Positions 24,951 through 38,294 of a DNA stretch of 64,000 nucleotides are shown here, one piece after another. Every line of letters starts with the position of its first letter. Position 1 is the stretch's first letter. The notes beneath the pieces were generated by a model. It was not told where the DNA came from. It worked only from the letters and a program-made list of their open reading frames with translations, and did not search any database. The position numbers were made by a program, and so were the translations under genes. The DNA is from Vicugna vicugna (taxonomy: Eukaryota), in contig MU058198.1 in NCBI GenBank assembly GCA_013265495.1, positions 3,856,419-3,920,418 on the forward strand, read 5' to 3'.

Positions 24951-27900
24951 TGCGCGTTCCGACCCTTGCTTGCCTTTCCAGTTTCATTCCTGTCACTCAC
25001 CCCGCCCCACCTGGACTCCAGCCACATCCATCTTTTTTTTCATACTCTAACCAATTCTTTAGTCCCTAGCCCATATGTTTCTGCTGCCTAGAAAGCTCTT
25101 CTCGTGGTTGTCTTCTCCTTATTATTTAAGATTCTATTTAAATATCAACTTCTCAGGTCCCCTTTCCTGGCTAGTCCCACTGCCCACCAGATCCGTGTCC
25201 CATTGCCTTGTTTGATTGCCTTTATAGCATGTATTGCTGTGTGCAGGGAATGTGTTTCTGGATTTATTTGCCTGTGAAATGGCTGCTTTGAACTTCATTA
25301 GAATTTCAGTTTCAGAAAGCCAAAGACCTTGCAGGTTTTATTTACCATCAGGGCTGGATTCAGGACAAACTGAACACATCCTCTGGGCAAGAACACGGTG
25401 GAGGGAGGAGTGAGAGAAGGAGAAAAGCATTTTTAAAAATGAGGTTTGATATTTCTAAAACTGACCGATCAGTCATCATGGGGGAAAAAAAAATTAGAAT
25501 TTGTTGTACTTCTTTATATGTATCTTAAGATAGTTGTTTTTAATTGCACATGGGAAAAAGTATCAATCATCTTTTTTAGTACTTAGAGCTTTTGCATTTT
25601 TAAACTTAAAAAAAAAAAAAGTATAACATGCACACAGAGAAACGCATTCTAAGTGCAATCAAATGTCATAAACTGAACGTACCTGATCAGCATCTAAAAG
25701 CCACTCTCATGGTCCTTCTGGTCACTCTAGCTCTGACTTCTAACAGCATAAGCTGAGTTTTTGGAAAGTTTTAATCCAACACGGTCACCTCTGTGGCCCC
25801 GTGTCTAGAGCAGTGCCTGGAAAACATGAGATGATCAATCAGCGTTTGTGGAATAAATAAATTGGTTCATTGATTAACTACTTTCCCCCAATCATCTCCA
25901 AGCAAACCTTTGCTGGGGAATCCAGAGAACGTGACTCTCAGAGGTTGAACTGTCTGATTTGAACAACGAAAAGAAAAAAAAAAAAGTGATCGGCTCAGAG
26001 CTGACCTCAGTCTCCTTGTGGACACCAGACAATTGATGGCACATTTACCAGGTCCGGCTGGGATGAGCCTCTTGAAGGAACCAGCGAGGCGGGTTTGCTT
26101 CGGTGCCTGCGCAGGTGTCAATCATCCAGCCGCACCGCCGCGTCTCAGCAGTGGTGGGAACTACCACACCAGTGGGCTTTTCTTTGAGTCACTGTGGCCA
26201 CTGCCCTTTGGGGGTTTTTCCTTTTTTTTTTTTTTTTTTTTTTTTTTGCATTTGACTGGGGCTTATATTTCACCCCACGGAAGCTCGAGGTTCCTATTTT
26301 TCTTTCCGGACTTTTCGTTTTTTTCCCTTCTGGCTGATGCAGCAGCCGTGCTGAGCAAGGTGAAAAGGTTGAATGGCAGTTTCAGAAGCAGAAAGGTACT
26401 AAGCCACGGTTTCCTGTGCAGCAGGAGTGAGGGACAAAGGGAGGAGGGCACTGGCTCTGACCCTCAGAGACGGGGCCCACCGGGTGGTCCGTGGCCTTTC
26501 CCACCACTGGGCTACTAACACTTCCTTCCAGCCATCGGCACCTCCCCGACCCCACGCCTTTGCCTATATAACCAGGAACCGTGGTCTCTTCAAAATTCAG
26601 CTCTCCCAACTGTGAGATGCTTTCCTGGACACAGTCCTCCGCCCCACTCCCATCTGCCCCCTCAAACACACACACACACACACAAATTCTGTAATTTGCA
26701 TTAGGTGTGACATTCTGTACTTTTTCAGACATTAAAACAACCTCTTACAACACTGCCAAGCCCTGTGCTGGAACTTCATCTGCAGCCCCTCGTTCAGCCC
26801 TCACCCCCGCCCTATGAAGCACCCTCTGGCCTCATCCCCATTTTACAGATGGGGAAAATGAGGCTCTTGGAGGCCAACTTAGCCAATGTCTCTCAGCTAC
26901 TAAGTGGCAGAGCCAAGCCTGGCAACCCCGTCTGTTTGACCTGAATGACCAGTGCTGGTGTGCCCTCGTCCTCCAGCTGCTGACACAGCCCGTTCAGAGC
27001 TGAGCCCCTCTCTGGGAGGTATGTTCAGCATAAGGCACTGCCTTGACCAAGGTCACACGCCCTTCCCAGGGGCACACCCCCTCCAGTGGCTGCTCAAGGT
27101 GGGGGTACCAAGGCCCTGCCCCCTGGCTTTCATTCAGGACATCTCAGATGCCAGCTTAGGTCCAGAGTCCCCACAGAACTGGCTGAGTCCACACAACAAC
27201 CGCAGGGCAGTCCCATGCACCCTCTGTCCAGCCCTGCTTGCCTCACTCCCCTACCACGCGGGCATGGTTCTCAAAAGCGCATCCCAAAAACCCTCTGGCG
27301 TGCAGATCTCTAGGAGTCTGCGTCCTGGGAATACGAAGACAACACCAAGTGGCACACTAAATGCCGAGCTCTTCTGTAAACCACATCCGCGGCCTCCCCA
27401 TCCCAGGACCCAGCAGCCGGAGAAGGGACGGGGCAACCCAAGCCCTCCACTTCTCCGTGCGCCTCTAGGAAAGCTGGAGGTCTCCATATGTAGCACAAGG
27501 ATTGTAGCGAACCGTGCGACTAGGAAAGAAATCCTGCGTGGCGTGCAACAGGCAGGGGCTTCATCCCCGAGGACTTTTCTGACCCGTGGCTCTACTCCTG
27601 GCTGTTGTTAGCATCTCGCAAAACAGGGGGTGGGGTGGACGGGCCATGGTCCCTCCAGCAGCCCCGGGCCTGCCATCAAAGGATCTCCCTTCGTCTGTCC
27701 GGTGCTGTGAGACCCGTGTTCTCTGACCTGTATCAGCCTCTAGCCCCCCCCAATCCACGCTGAACTCTCCTGTGGGCAATAAGTGGCCCACACTTATTTG
27801 CATCTGAAACTCCTGGGCATAGTACAGGGCCGCGGACTTTGTGGACTTGGCGGACACTCCAAAACATTGCTTGAATGAACAGATGAGCCAAGGACCCAGG

Positions 27901-29089
27901 AAGAAGGCCGATAAACGTGGAATGACCACATGTGTTTGGGGGTGGAGGATGGGTCACCCTCAGCGCACACCTCATTCCATTGGCGATGGCAGTCCCCACC
28001 CCTCGGGAGCCACACAGTTGCCCGTGCCTGCGTGTGGCTGTTCCTGAAGCCATCTGTTCTGCAGCAGCCAGGGCAGAGGCGGCCCGCCCGCTTCCCTCCT
28101 CTGCACTTGAAAATCTGCACGGCCTGAATGACTTCACTGGCTGTGCCCTTGCATCTTCCGTTCCCTCCATTGTCCCTACCAGCTGCCCTTGTAGCTGGCC
28201 TGTGTCTCACCTGCATCTGCGGTGCCTGTTCCCACATCTTCTTGTCCAGGCCAGAGCTCATTGTAAGCACTTCATTGATGAATATTATCAATGGCAAAAG
28301 CCAACAGTTTTTAAGCATTTACTATGTACCACTGGACAAACTATCTCTTCTGAATTATCTCATTTAACCTTTACAACAGCTCTGTGAGTTGTTATTCTGG
28401 TTTTGCAGATGAGGCACAGAGATGTCAAGCAACCTGCCTGAGGCCACACAGCTAATCAGGCAGCAGAGCCAGGCTCTGAGTGCCAGTGCTTGGCCCCCGT
28501 CTTCCATGTCTTCAATGTGCACAAAGTTAGGACATTTGGACAAAGAAGAAGAGGACTAATGAGTAGGTAGCATCAAAAAAAAAAAAAAAGAAGACAGCAC
28601 ACAAATGCTATTTAGTGCCTAATATGTGCTAGGTACCTTCTCATACTTTGTCCTTCTCTCCCAACAGCAGTGCTATGAGATAGGAGAGGCTCAGAGAGGT
28701 TAAGTAGCTTGCCCAGGGCCATCACAGCAAACATCAGAGTCTGGAGTCAAACCCAGACTGGATTCAAATCCAGCTGCTGTTAGAGCAACTTGACTCTTTC
28801 AAGAATGCTATGGGGGCCATGAAATATTTGCAGCATGAGAAAACCTCCAGATAAGCTTCCAGCTCAGGCTGTGACCTGCTGGTGGGCCCGCCTATTACTC
28901 GTTTGTCGGGGTTTTGCACGCGCTTCCTAGCACAGTGCCTGTTGAGTGAGCAGATGATTGACAGTTCACGTACTGTCACACAGGGGTGCCCGGTGCCTAA
29001 TGGGACTTGGTAGAAACAGTGGAAGAACATGCTGTGTGAGTAATGATTTCTCCACAAAGCAGCAAGTGTGATTATCTTAAAGAGTAAAC

Positions 29090-29650
29090 CAGACCATTCC
29101 CACCGTGGGACGGAAGGGAGGGCCTCTCTGAAGAGGTAGCATTTGTGCTGCGACCTGAGGAGGAAGAGGAAGCCAGTCATATGAGAAGACAGGGGAGATG
29201 TATTCCAGGTAAAGGGAATGGCATGTGCTAAAGCCCTGGGGCAGGGAAGAGCTCAGTGTGCTGGTGTGACTACAGCACAGTGACCAAGGGAGTAGTGTTG
29301 TAGGAGGTGAGAGCTGGGAGGTAGACAGGGACCAGACTGTGGAGGGCATCATGGTACCTGGTGGGGATCTCAGATGTAGTTCTAAACATGGTGAGAATCT
29401 ATTAAAGGGCTTTAAAGCAAAGGGGTCACGTGAAGTGGTTTTCTTTGTAAAATATCCCTGTGGAAAAGAAATCAAGACCAGTAGCAGGTAGACCATTAGG
29501 CGAGGGGACATCCAGGCGAGAGGGGATGGTGGCTTGGAAGAGGGAGGAAGAAGTTTCCAAACAATAACATGATTTGGAGATTGAGTTGACAAAAACTGTT
29601 GACAAACTGGCTGTTTGAGAGTGAGGGAAAATTATCAAGAAGTCAACCAT
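29090..29650 (-). mobile_element. L2 fragment
   Basis: ggaggcctctctgaagaggtagcatttg...tattccaggtaaagggaatggcatgtgctaaagccctgggg. Confidence 0.75.
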
Positions 29651-29679
29651 CCTGAGACAGGGAAGACCCAACCATGAAA

Positions 29680-29900
29680 ACAGCTCTCATTTACGCCATG
29701 TTTGTGCTGTTCTAATCACTTGCCGTATATTACCTCATTCAATACTCACAGCAACTGATGAGGTAGGTAATGTTGTTCTCCCCATTTACAGATGGGGAAA
29801 ACTGAGGTACAGAGAGTTTAAGTGACTTGCCCAAGGTCACACAGCTAGTAGATGTGGGTGCTGGGATTTGAACCTGGTCTGTCTGGCTCCAGAATCCATG
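29680..29900 (-). mobile_element. MIR SINE (representative; similar - copies near 4230, 10580, 11660, 18340, 26760, 28300, 31060, 35530, 43560, 63590)
   Basis: cccatttacagatggggaaaactgaggtacagagagtttaagtgacttgcccaaggtcacacagctagtag. Confidence 0.88.
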
Positions 29901-31474
29901 CCCTGGAATTTCACAGTGGATTCTTCTCCTCAAAGAAGAATGTTCACAAAGCAGGGGGCTTCCTGCACTCCTCACATCCTGCTGCGAGCTGTCATTGTGC
30001 ACAAATCGGCTCAGTGAGGATGTTTGAGCCCAAGTGGAGGCAGATACTCCTCCCGGATATGCTCCCGATGATGCTCCTGCGAGGCACAAGACCAGGGACT
30101 CCAAAGGGTCCTGCTTCCTGGCCAGCTCTCCAGCATGAACATAAGGAGCCCAATCCTTAGGGCATTTTCCAACTGTGTCCCTTTTCTATGTACAGAAGCA
30201 GGAAGCCAGCCAGAGGACACCTGGGTTACCTCTTTCAGCCACAATATGGGGCAAAAGTTCACAGCAAAAACTACACATAGACTCAAGGCACATTTCTTGA
30301 CCTCTCTGTGTCTCAATTTTCCCATCTGTAAAATGGGGACAATATTAGTATCCCACGGGGTTATAAAGAGTTAATATATATATATACATAAATATACATA
30401 TATATATAAAGTGCTACTTATAAGTGCTTGGCACATTCTTAGAGCACAGGAGTCAAGAGCATCATCCACAGACCAGGATGTTTTCAGCACGACCACTCGT
30501 CATGTCTGTCCCTGGTCCTGACCTATTTGGGAGCTGATTTGGAAAAATGTTAAAGTCAACCTTCAACCAGTTTGCTCTAAATATGAAATCAGAGTCAAGA
30601 AGATGGACTAGGGAACTAAACATTGGTGGCTGGGCTGGACTGTATTAGGCAGTGAAAAAATATGGCTTACACAATGAACCATGACCTGCTGGCTGGGAGG
30701 CTGCAGTTCTAAGATGGATGGGAGTGTGAACCCAGCTCTCATCTCCTCTCTCCCCATCCAAACAATCTGTATCCCTCCTCGGCTTTGGTGAGTTGCTTAA
30801 CAAAGAGGAGTACAGTGCACAAATCCAGAGCTAGGACACTTGGGTTCAAAGCCCAGATCTGCCACTTGTTAGCTGTGATTCCTTGCACAATTCACTCACC
30901 CTCTCTGTGCCTCAGTTTTCTTGTCTGTAAAAATTTGGGTGATAATAATATGTATCTTATGGTGCTGTAGTGAGGACTGAATGAAAGTGTGTTTCCAGAA
31001 CCTAGTCAGCACTGAGTAATTAAAAAGCACAGTGTGTATAACGATTTGTCTTTTAAAAAATAATAGTAGCTAAAACAGTCACTATTCTAAGAACTTTATA
31101 TGAACTCATTTATTTCTCATAGCAACCCTCTGCACTAAAACCTATTATTATCTCCAAGTTACAGATGGGGAAAATGAGACTCAGAGAGGTTAGGTAACTT
31201 TTTCAAGATTGCACAGCTTGATGTGTCAGGATCGGGATTTGAAACCAGGCGCTTTTGCTCTAGATTCAAGGTTCATAATCCCTCATAAAGAGGGTTTTTT
31301 GGTTTTGTTTTGTTTTAGCGCCTTATAGTTTTTAAACCTTATTTTTCGACACCTTTTAGGATTAATTAAAAAAAAAAAAAGAAAGATGAAACTGGACAAA
31401 AAGATACATCTAGCATGTCTTCAATGCCCTAAACCAGAGTTCCTCTCCGGATGGGCCTTGGGTTACTGGTGTGC

Positions 31475-31650
31475 AGGGCAGAAGTGGATCTTTTGGGATC
31501 CAGTGCAAAATGAACATGTTTTTCATTGTTCAAAACATAGTGAGAATTTCAAGACAGTAAGAGCAGAGCATTTCACCAAACGCAGGACTCTTCTAAGCAC
31601 GTGGCCCTGTGAGACTGTTCGGCTCCCACACCCCTGGGACTCCCCCTGAT
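31475..31650 (+). mobile_element. MER91-like hAT-Tip100 MITE
   Basis: ccagtgcaaaatgaa...ttgttcaaaa...gaatttcaagacag...gcagagcattt...ttctaagcacgtggccctgtg. Confidence 0.65.
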
Positions 31651-33228
31651 GCAGCGGCCTGGAGCCCCTGGGCCTCCAGGGCAGCCCAGTGGCCACGGCT
31701 GAACCTTGTTACCTAAGGGCCATGAGTGGCCTTGAACTTTTGCCCCAGTGCACCATGATGTGCAAAAGGTCGGAAGCCCTGCCCTCATGAATGACGCTAG
31801 AGAACAGACCCTTCCTTAGTCTGAGCCGCAGCCCAGTTCTTTCCCCAGGACTTATTAGAAATGAGCTTGTGGGTGTGAGCTGTAAGGAAGCCACGGGTTC
31901 GTGTGGGCTGTTTTTATTCTCTGCCAGGATTCTTAGGGAAGCTCCTGGAACATGGGAGTGGCCTTGCCCACCTGAAGATCCAAAGGAGAGGACTCCAGCT
32001 GGGAGCTTCTAAAACAGCCTCCTCTCCCCACCCTGTTCACACTGATACCTCCCTCACTCGGCATCTCCTGTCTCTCCTCAATGCCTCTCAGAATTAGTTT
32101 GGAAACTCTTTATTAATTCAACAGGTCTTCACTGAGCGCTTACTTGGGCCAGGCCACATGGTAACTGCCAACTTGCTTTGTATCTTTGGCCAGGATTCAC
32201 TCATCTCTGTATCTCTCCCAGCCGTTCCAAGAGAAAGGTCTTCAAATCCAAGGAAGGGACGTTTGGACTTCTCAAGTGTAATTCTTCAGCTGTCAGAATA
32301 CACCTGTCACTTCACTTCCTCCTCTGGTCATACCCTTGGCATCACCAGTATCATCTGATTGAGAACATTTATTGAGCATGTGCTATGTACCAGACAGTGT
32401 ACGATGTCTTTCACTAAGGACATTGTACTAGTATGATTCCTGTTTTGCAGAGGAGGAAACTGAGGTTCAGAGTGGCCCAAGGCTACACAGCCCAGGAGCC
32501 AGGCTGGAGCAAAATTTTGTCTCCCTGACTTGGGGGATCTCGGGAACCCTTTAGGCTTTATGCATTCTACATCTCTCTCCCCAATGAGACAAAGCTCCCG
32601 CGGGAAGGTCCTGGCCTGCTTCCCCACGTCCCCACAGAGCCAGTGTGGCCTGGGCAGCTGTGTTGCTCGCTGGGGCGACAACTGATTGACCCATCTGTGG
32701 CTTCATTCTGCTCTGGCCACCTTCCCAGCCTGCTGAGACACCCGAGACTTCAGCCCATCCCCAGAGGCCATAGGGCCCCCCGCAATCTGATCCAGGCTGT
32801 GCCTGGTCTGCCCTTGGCTCCCGGGAGCGAGAGGCAATCTGGCATCCTGCAAGGTCCTGAGTTGGTGGCTCCATGAGGAGTGGAAACAGACCTGGGTTCA
32901 AATTCCAGTTCGGCTGCTCGGCTGGGTCACCAAGCCTTTCTTCACTGCCCTGACCTGTACTGTCCCCACCAGTGAAACATGGGTTAAAAACACACAAATA
33001 ATAACATAGTAATAGCATAACAGGGGAAGCGCCTCGTATAATAACCAGGACGCAGACATCGCAACAAGTACGGCCAGCTTCTGAAACTAGGGAATGAATG
33101 AATGAGTGAATGTGAATGATAAGGTCCCACAAATACCCACCAGGTTGCATTTTAGCCATCATCATCATTACTGCCCACATAGCCCACGTTCCAGGGACAT
33201 GTTGAGTGCTTTATCTCGTTAAAAAAAA

Positions 33229-33350
33229 TTTTTTTTCCCTTTCTTTGCTGGGGGAGGTTTATTTAATTTTTTAAAAGGTATTGGGGATTGAACCCAGGAC
33301 TTCATGCATGCTAAGCATGCACTCTACCACTGAGCTATACCCTCCTCCCT
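33229..33350 (-). mobile_element. tRNA-Ala-derived SINE inserted in a MIR
   Basis: ggggattgaacccaggacttcatgcatgctaagcatgcactctaccactgagctataccctcc with upstream T-rich tail. Confidence 0.9.
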
Positions 33351-33939
33351 CTATATTATCTCATTTAATCGGCCATTCCAACTTTCCAGCGGTGGAAGCT
33401 GCAGCTGGGAGATGCTGAGAAACTTGAACAAGGTTGCACGGGCAAGAAGGGGTAGAGACAGGCTGCCACTCGGGCTTAGCTACTCCTGAACCTCAGTTCT
33501 TAACCACTGAGTTATGCTGCCCGGCTGGTTCTCTCTGGCCGTGAGAGAAGTCTGATGATAGGAGGCAACGTGGATAGAGTGGAAGGGACAGGTGCGTTCC
33601 TCAGCCTGCTCCGGGGACCACAGGCTGAACTTGAAGGAGCCACTGTTCACAGGGATGGGTGAGACCTGGGACCTGGGCAGAGCTTACTAGGGGCCCAGAA
33701 CCACAGCCCCGGAGAGAGTGAATCCCCTTGTTTCTGCTCAGCCCATGGCGGAAGGGTAGGCTCTGGCAAAATGAGGTCTGGAGAGAACACAGCCTGGTTT
33801 GACATATGGAGGGTGTGCACTCCAGCTTTGGAAGCCTGGAGCGACTGCACACCCCCACCATCCTGGGCAGGGGAGTCTGTGTTTGTAGCTGGAAGCAGCG
33901 GCTGTAAGAAGGGGAGAGGTTTTCCCTCGAGGAGCATTG

Positions 33940-34100
33940 TAAGTGGGATGGACGGGCAGCATCAGCAACGCCTGGGAGCTTATTAGAAGAGCCGAGCCTT
34001 GGACCCACCCCAACCTGCTGAATCAGAATTTCTAGGGAATCTGCATTTTAACAAGCCCTCCGGAGGATTCTGCACCCCGGAGGTTGGAGAAGCGCTGCCC
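33940..34100. mobile_element. MER5A-like MITE
   Basis: cagcatcagcaacgcctgggagcttattagaa...ctgctgaatcagaat...aatctgcattttaacaagccctcc. Confidence 0.75.
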
Positions 34101-36909
34101 TGGAGGGTTCCAGCCTCTGGGCCTTTGTACTTGCTGGTCACCCCGCCGGGATGCTCTTCCGCTAGCTCCTTGCATAGCTGGCTCAGCATCCAGCCTCAGC
34201 AGTGATGCCCCTTCCAGAGGCTTCCCTCTCCTCCCTCTGTGACTGGCTGTCAGGGCACCGTGCTGATTCCCTTTAAGGCACAGCCCCCTCGGCGGTGAAG
34301 AGCTCATTTCCTCTCTCTTCCCCCTCCCCGGCCGCCGCCCCATTCACAAGGGGAGAAATTTTGTTCATCTAATGTCCCTCTGCCTCCCTGGAGCCAGATG
34401 GGGTGCTTAGCACATCGTAGCCCCTCTGTAGATCCTTTTCTGGGCGAATAAATGAACAAACACCAGCTTCCTGCCTGGGACCAGCTTCTAGGCTTGCCGC
34501 CCCCAGGTTATTGCAGGATGGCTCCTTCAACACAATGTCTCAGCAACACAGACCTGAGGGTCTTATAAATCAGGAGGAAATTGCCTGTTACAGATTGGGC
34601 AGGGTGACTTTGGGCAAATTTTGGCTGCTGCAATCGCATGAAGGGCCACTATCAATGCTGTCCTTTGAGGCACCAAAAATCAGAGCCACCCAACCCACAT
34701 GGAAGGGGGGGGGTTACATAGCCCCTTCCGTCTACCAGAGAGCCACTGTACAGCCCACCAGGAGGGGCTCCCATGCGCCCATGCTTTAGGGGGCATCTAC
34801 CATGGCTGATGCCTGGACTCCAGACATGGCATCAAATCACGTCTCACCACATGGTGAGAAAGCTATTCGCTTTTCAATTCACAGTGTCTAGCTGGAATTT
34901 AATAACATCATTTTGTTTTCATCGTGTTTATTTTCGCAGTGGCCTTCTGTTGATGGCCAGCGATACCAGTTTTCCATTTACAGTCAGGTTGGGAAGGCTC
35001 TTTGAAAATAAATTTAAGTTTTAAAAAAGTGAGTTGATTTAAAGAGAGCTATCAGACAAAATACTAAAAGGTGATAGAAATATATGGAGAAAGGCATAAA
35101 GGCTGGGGCACACGTGGTTTGCTGTAGCTGGACCTACAGTCTGGGACTCAGATGCCTTTCAGGAATCAGAATGTTTAGGATTTTAGAAAGGGTTTAGGGT
35201 ACATTTACCAAGGATGCCTTAATGCCTCTGGGGCAGCACCCTGCAATCAGATGCTTTAATCGCTCCGCAGCAAAACTTCAAAGGTGATACTGTAACCAGT
35301 AAAATCCATAGAGACCATGCATACTTGCTCAGGTCAGCTCAGGTCAGTTGCTGCCATCCACAGAATCCACGTGATGACCTCACAGTTTTATTCCCAAACA
35401 ACAAGGAACTTTTCGTTTTTTTTCCTGAGCTTTTTTGGAATTTCAGAATTTTGGCTAAGGGATTGTGGGCCTTGGAGATAATACTCATATGAATCCTAGC
35501 TGGGAGATAATGAGCCTCACTTATTTTGTCTCATTTAATCTTCGTGGCAACCTGAAGAGTTAAGTGTGATGATTATACCCATTTTCCAGATGAAGAAACT
35601 GAGGCCTCGAGCAGTTAATTCACTTGTCAAAGTGACACAGCTAGTCCAATGATGGGATCTGAATTGGAAGCCAGTCAGGCTGAAGGAGGAGGGCAGAATG
35701 GCCTGGAACTCAGAGGTATCCACCCTCATGGCCACCCCATGCCCTGCTGGTGACCTCTACTCTCCTATTAGGACTGAAACTCTCACATCAGCATCACTCC
35801 TTAGCTAGGTGAGAATAAGGAGCCACTGTCTCCAGATGCCCCAGAGAAACAAGCCCAGGCAGCACCTGAGAACAGCTCTACAACCTCACGGCACCTTGAA
35901 GGGGCCCTGGTCACCCTTGGGAACCTGCCAGAAACTATCAAGACAAGCTGTGAGCTTTATGGCCACGGTTTCTTTTAGCCCTCTGACCCGCTCCTCCCCA
36001 TCACAACTGATTTCCTTTCCCCCTCTTTGGTTGCCATTTTTATTGACCACACAAGCCCCATGCCAGACAGAGAGTAACTAAACATTTTCTTACACAGTAT
36101 CTCTGCTTTTAGAAGATTTTTTAATTTGAAAAATATAGGGAAATGGAACCAAAAATGTAAAGCTCAGTCTTAATCTACTTTTAAAAATAGAGTAAGGGGT
36201 AAAAGTTGTCCCCGCTACCATCCATCCACTCAGATTCTATCCCCTCTCCACCCCACAGATGTAACCACATTGAAAATAATTGTCTCAATCTTTCCCTATG
36301 CTATCGAGATATGTCTATGTCCAGATCTATATCCATTATATTAAATTCATAATTAATTATAACATGTCCTCAAAAGAGAAGCATGGGGGTTCTCTGAGAG
36401 CAAATAGATGGCATCAGATGGTAAGAACTTAAGGACAAGTAGGAATTAATCAAATTGGGGATGGCTAGAGAAGAATGGATGAAGCAGAAAGACCGAAGAT
36501 GCAAAGGCCCTGAGGCAGGTGAGAAAAGCAAAGCCAAACAAGAGGAGTGTGGGGCGAAGAATCTGGAGATGGGCAGGAGCCAGATCACCCAGGACTGAAT
36601 TAGACTTTTGTCATTGTTCAACAGGAAGCCACCTTGTCTAAAATTCCCTCAGAGGGAACACACCATAGAATCACCTACTATGTCCCAGGCCTTGTGCAAG
36701 ATGTTTGAGATATAGGGGTGCTTGTAGTCTAGTAAAGAAGCCAGAAATTAAACAATGCAATAAATATAAGCAAGATGATTAACACACTCACATATAATCA
36801 TACGCTTTGTGAAGGAAGGGACTGGACATGTTCCAGACAGCTGGAGATCTCCATGCCAGGACAGGGCAGCTCTGTGAAGGGCCAGGAGAGAGTGGTCCAG
36901 GCAGAGAGT

Positions 36910-37250
36910 CGTGGTTCTCAACCCTCCTGCACATTAGAATCACCTGGGGGAGATTCTAAAAGAGACTGGACCCACATCCAGAAATTCTGATTCCACTGGT
37001 CTGCAGTGGGGTCCAGGCACCAGTGCTATTTAAGAGCTTCTGTGGTGACCCTGGGGTTAGCAGGACTGAGAACCCCTGGGCCAGGCCTGGCTACTCAAAG
37101 CGTGGTCCGTGGACCTGAAGCATCTGCATCATTTAGGAGCTGGTATAGAAATCCCAGAAGGGGCAGAATCTCAGGCCTGTCCCCAGATCTACCAGTTCTT
37201 AATCTGCATTTTCACAAGGTGCCCAAACATAGTAAAGTTTGAGAATGGCT
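36910..37250. mobile_element. Two adjacent MER5-type MITEs
   Basis: gtggttctcaaccctcctgcacattagaatcacctgggg... and gctactcaaagcgtggtccgtggacc...aatctgcattttcacaagg...aagtttgagaa. Confidence 0.75.
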
Positions 37251-37862
37251 GATCCAGAGTATAGTGAGAGGGAGGGGCGTGTGTAGGACAAAGTGGGACT
37301 GGAGAGACGAGAGGAGGGTAAGTGGGCTTTACTCTAAGGGCATGGTTTCATTCCAAGCACAGCATAGGTACGCATATACCACACCCCAAAGTATGCATCC
37401 TCACCAGCACACAGGTGTATAGTCACATCCACACATGGGCTCCAGACCCACTTACATTCTCTGCTTTTCTAAAATATATTTGCATCCACCTCTGACAACC
37501 TCAGACACCCACCTCGGGGTAGGTAGGGGCATCGTTACCAGGTCACAGAAACACACCTGTCCTTAGAGTCATCTCACCCAGAGACATCCCCTGCCTTGCC
37601 CCCATCATGTTTCAACTAGGAAAGACTCTGATGGGTGAGTGGGCAGGGAGAGTGGAGAATCTGGAGGAGACCCCACCTCTCTACTCCTGCCCAGTTCCTT
37701 AGTCTAAAAGGCCTGCAGGGCAGACCAGATTCAGGGGAGAAGCCACGATGTCCACACGGGTTACAGGGAGGCAGCCAGGCTCTTTACCTTGCAGAACTAC
37801 ATCCCAGAGTGGTGTTTGCTCGAAACGCCAGAACTATTCCTGGATGTCAGGTGCAGTTAATG

Positions 37863-37876
37863 GTTGCCATGGCAAC
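37863..37876. promoter_or_regulatory. RFX X-box motif GTTGCCATGGCAAC (candidate intronic enhancer site)
   Basis: Exact match to the palindromic RFX consensus GTTNCCATGGNAAC in non-repetitive sequence. Function untested. Confidence 0.55.
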
Positions 37877-38294
37877 CGCCCATGCTTAATGAATAGAAGA
37901 GAGTTAAAGATGCTGGATAAATGTCAGAGCCCAGGATGGATTTGCTTGGGAGCAAATCTGTAAGCGCTGGGCAGCGCTGCCCAGTGAAGGTTGAAATGAG
38001 CAGTCCGGGGTAGCTGGGAACAGATCCAGGAGACTTTCTCTCTCCCTTCTCAGGTTCACAGAGTCAGAATGGCACAAAATGTCAAAAAGGATGGCTTTCT
38101 ATGTGGACAGTTTAAACACAGATTCCAGGTTTGTGAGTTTGATCCTGCAACATGTTCACAGAGATTGCAGGGGGTGGAAATCTGAGCCCAGGTCTCTCAA
38201 GAGTTAAAAGATGCCACTTTAAAAAAAAAAACTTCTGGATTATTTTCTAACTGAAGAAAGTGCCAAATTAGGGTTGCAAGAACAACTTTGTGTG

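Noticed and set aside
26343..26359. Neural in-frame microexon
   Set aside because: All acceptor/donor combinations checked give 14, 17, 22, 25, 50 or 53 nt, none a multiple of 3, and the donors are weak.
26952..27611. 219-aa ORF and other long ORFs (15019-15633, 32551-33180, 41073-41657, 27794-28318)
   Set aside because: No recognisable domain, Pro/Ser/Gly/Arg-rich composition typical of chance ORFs in GC-richer intron, several non-ATG starts and overlap with repeats.
27691..27710. REST/RE1 site (ctgtccggtgctgtg)
   Set aside because: Half-sites lack the canonical 2-bp spacer and the GCTGAA end. I found no canonical RE1 by eye.
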